DNA of 64,000 nucleotides. Source: an uncultured Bacilli bacterium. GTDB lineage: Bacteria; Bacillota_I; Bacilli_A; RF39; UBA660. A program made the position numbers and the translations under genes. Positions 61,594 to 64,000 of the stretch are shown piece after piece. The DNA lies in the NCBI GenBank assembly GCA_947630055.1, contig CANRGA010000003.1:1050-65049 (forward strand), read 5' to 3'. The first letter of the stretch is position 1, and every line of letters begins with the position of its first letter. The notes below the pieces were generated by a model, which was given only the letters and a program-made list of their open reading frames with translations, made no database searches and was not told the DNA's origin.

Positions 61594-61790
61594 TTGACTT
61601 ATTAATACAAAATGTGTTATATTTTTATCGACAGGTAATGCTGCTGCTATTAGCGTGTCCGATAGTAATCTATGCTGGTAGACAATAATATCCAGTAACG
61701 CGACACAGGCTGTTGTCAGACTACAGTCCAGGACCGAATGTTGTATATTTGGAAGTATTTAAAATAATACTTCCTTTTTTATTTTTAGGG
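61594..61790 (+). ncRNA. Promoter- and terminator-bounded structured leader/sRNA candidate (class unknown)
   Basis: TTGACT 61594-61599 plus TGT-TATATT (61615-61623). A relatively GC-rich ~130-nt segment in an AT-rich context. Hairpin ggaagtatttaaaataatacttcc plus T6 lies at about 61751-61780, just before the RBS of the next ORF. Confidence 0.35.
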
Positions 61791-61796
61791 GGAAAT

Positions 61797-62426
61797 ATGA
61801 AAATTGAATTAAATAAAGTTACTAAAAGAATTAATATTTTAGATTATTCTTTACAAGAATTAGCAATTTTTTATGAACAATTTGATAATTGTATTGTAAT
61901 TATAAAAACTTCTAAACGAGATGTGACTTTTAAATTTAGAAATAGTTTTTTTCCACATATAATTGGTATGCAATATGCTTTTAATAGTAAAAATAAAGTT
62001 AAATATAAAGGACTAAATGGTTTTGAGAAAATAAAAAAAGGAGATATTACTTGGAATAATTTAAGAAAATTAATAAATAAAAATCATAATATTAATGTTA
62101 ATAATATAAAAAATAGAATCGAATATTTGCCAATGTTTATAAATACAATTACCAAAAAAATTGATTTAAAAATTATTAATAAAAATAATCTTATAAGAAA
62201 AAGTAACTTAAAGGGAAATATAGGTCTAGTTAAAAAAAATATTTGGCAAAATCATTTAATATATCTTTTTCTATCGTTAAAAGAAATCAACAAAAATCAT
62301 TTTATTATAGAAACTTTTATTGTTGAAAATGATATCACTTTAATCGGACTTTTGGAAAGTGAAAAGATTTTAAATATATATATGTATAGACCAAGTTCAA
62401 ATAAAGAATTACAAAAAATTAATTAA
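61797..62426 (+). CDS. Hypothetical protein
   Basis: ATG 61797 follows aggggga. The track ORF start at 61713 would run through the leader and terminator. No family recognised. Confidence 0.5.
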   Translation: MKIELNKVTKRINILDYSLQELAIFYEQFDNCIVIIKTSKRDVTFKFRNSFFPHIIGMQYAFNSKNKVKYKGLNGFEKIKKGDITWNNLRKLINKNHNINVNNIKNRIEYLPMFINTITKKIDLKIINKNNLIRKSNLKGNIGLVKKNIWQNHLIYLFLSLKEINKNHFIIETFIVENDITLIGLLESEKILNIYMYRPSSNKELQKIN

Positions 62427-62582
62427 ATAATTACTAATTTTTAGTGCTTTTTCTTTTGTAGTATTTAGTTTATACTATAGGAGTGCAAAGAATATTTGCT
62501 AAAAATTAAGTAAATGTCAAGATAATTTGCTAGATTAAACAAAACTTTAATAATACAATGTATGCCTGAAAGGAGGATACTT

Positions 62583-63263
62583 ATGAGTCTGGGTAAACAA
62601 ATTTTAAAATTAAGAAAGGAAAATAAAATGTCACAAGAAGACTTTTCAGAATTTTGTAATGTAACTAGACAAACAATATCTAGTTGGGAAAATGAGAAAA
62701 GTTACCCAGATATTGAGATGCTTGTCAAAATAAGTGATAAGTTTAATATTTCTTTAGACATTTTAATTAAAGGTGATAATAAAATGATTCAAGATGTAAC
62801 TAAAAAAATGAAAAATCATAAATTATTTAAAATAATCATCTTTGCTTTAATAATAATACTTTTAAGTAGTGGTTTAATATTCTATTTTGTTAATGCTAAA
62901 AATAGAGAAGAAATAGCAAGATTAAATGAAATTCAAAAAAACATGACTCTTACTACTATAAAAAAAGATGATTTAGTAGAAGATATATTTATTAATCAAG
63001 ATAAGATAAAATATATAGATATTTTAGTTGATAATGAATTACTTATAAGTCATGTTAGAGTAATGCAAACTAGAGATAATGATGGTAATATAGTTAAAGA
63101 AGATGATAAAGTTTCGTATATTATGCTAGAAATACCAGAAGATTTTAGTTATAAATGGGATGCAATTAAAAATTCTGATATAAAATTTACTTTAGTTAAA
63201 AGTACAAATGATAAACAAATAATAAATAAAGATTTATTAGATAAACTAATTAATTCAAAATAA
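62583..63263 (+). CDS. XRE-family HTH protein with TM segment and extracytoplasmic domain
   Basis: LGKQILKLRKENKMSQEDFSEFCNVTRQTISSWENEKSYPDIEMLVKISDKFNISLDILI is a classic HTH_3, followed by a TM helix. ATG 62583 follows aggagga. Confidence 0.75.
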   Translation: MSLGKQILKLRKENKMSQEDFSEFCNVTRQTISSWENEKSYPDIEMLVKISDKFNISLDILIKGDNKMIQDVTKKMKNHKLFKIIIFALIIILLSSGLIFYFVNAKNREEIARLNEIQKNMTLTTIKKDDLVEDIFINQDKIKYIDILVDNELLISHVRVMQTRDNDGNIVKEDDKVSYIMLEIPEDFSYKWDAIKNSDIKFTLVKSTNDKQIINKDLLDKLINSK

Positions 63264-63290
63264 AAATATCGCTTTAAGCGGTATTTTTTG

Positions 63291-63944
63291 TTAATCTTCT
63301 AAAAGTTTATGTATTTCTTCTTCTTTAGTATCTATTATTACTTCTTCAATTCTATCAACGCGACATTTTTCAGCTTTTATAATAGCTTCTACTTTACTTA
63401 CTGCATCATCTAAATTATCATTTACTACTACATAATTATATTTTGTAACTTCATTTATTTCTTGATAGGCCTTTTTAAATCTTTCCTTTATCTTTTCATC
63501 AGAATCAGTACCTCTTTTTTTAAGTCTTTTAACTAGTTCTTTTAAAGAAGGTGGCATAATGAATATACAAATGGCATCAGGAAATATTTTTTTAACATTA
63601 CTAGCGCCTTCAATTTCGATTTCTAAAATAACATCAATACCTTTATTTAATTTTTCATTAATATATTCTTTCGGTGTACCATAATAATTACCAGAATAAT
63701 TGGTATATTCTAAAAAATAGTCTTCTGCAATTTTTTCTTTAAATTCTTCTTCTGTAACAAAATTATAAGTAACACCTGGTATATCATTAGTTCTTATACT
63801 TCTTGATGTTGTAGATACTGATAACCATCTTCCTTTATTATCACGTTTTAGTAATTCACTAATTATCGTACCTTTCCCAGCCCCACTTGGAGCAGAGATA
63901 ACAATTAAAGATCCTTTTTCTTTTAGTTTAATCATATTATTCAC
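63291..63944 (-). CDS. gmk: Guanylate kinase
   Basis: P-loop SAPSGAGKGT, (T)TSR, and YYGT motifs. Confidence 0.9.
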   Translation of the reverse strand: MNNMIKLKEKGSLIVISAPSGAGKGTIISELLKRDNKGRWLSVSTTSRSIRTNDIPGVTYNFVTEEEFKEKIAEDYFLEYTNYSGNYYGTPKEYINEKLNKGIDVILEIEIEGASNVKKIFPDAICIFIMPPSLKELVKRLKKRGTDSDEKIKERFKKAYQEINEVTKYNYVVVNDNLDDAVSKVEAIIKAEKCRVDRIEEVIIDTKEEEIHKLLED

Positions 63945-64000
63945 GTATAATCAATCTTATAGAAATATTAATTAATTTCTTATTGATTGATCCCTTTCTA

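Overview
This is a low-GC Bacillota-type chromosomal segment from an endospore former. Spore genes include spoIIAA, a sigF-like gene, spoVAC/D/E, a CotZ/ExsY-like gene and a collagen-like gene. Most of the window is housekeeping: ybeY-dgkA-era-yqzL-recO, tdk, murD, a cysteine desulfurase, rpoB-rpoC, lysS, an ftsW/rodA-family gene, dusB, addB-addA, an LtaS-like gene, an ECF sigma/anti-sigma pair and gmk.

The stand-out locus, at about 11.2-17.2 kb, is a diversity-generating retroelement (DGR). It has a surface-protein target gene with an FGE/C-type-lectin-like C-terminus and a GC-rich, adenine-poor variable repeat (VR, 13113-13261). Downstream lie a small MutS-domain-I-like ORF, an Avd-like ORF and a DGR-type reverse transcriptase (IGNFTSQ and YMDD motifs). 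Between target and accessory genes there are FOUR tandem, non-identical 149-nt template-repeat (TR) cassettes instead of one. Each has its own near-consensus promoter with a 17-nt spacer, a conserved structured 3' flank and its own terminator. By hand alignment, the present VR differs from templates only at template adenines if its 5' two-thirds comes from cassette 4 and its 3' third from cassette 1. No single cassette explains it without non-adenine mismatches.

Three further paralogous surface-protein genes start at 36185, 40873 and 48384. Two of them have near-identical promoters carrying a G8 tract in the -35/-10 spacer, a candidate phase-variation switch. The third carries a sharply GC-rich, VR-like patch near its 3' end with no cognate template in this window, and is flanked by an IS transposase.

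Other items are an internally deleted IS605-type tnpB remnant, a type-I-toxin-like 22-codon ORF inside a 5'/3'-paired transcript, a promoter-plus-terminator-bounded structured leader at about 61.6 kb, a spoIIAA-sigF operon lacking spoIIAB, and a sortase B with a long N-terminal extension next to an NKQTG-anchored substrate.

No rRNA genes, tRNA genes or CRISPR arrays were recognised.
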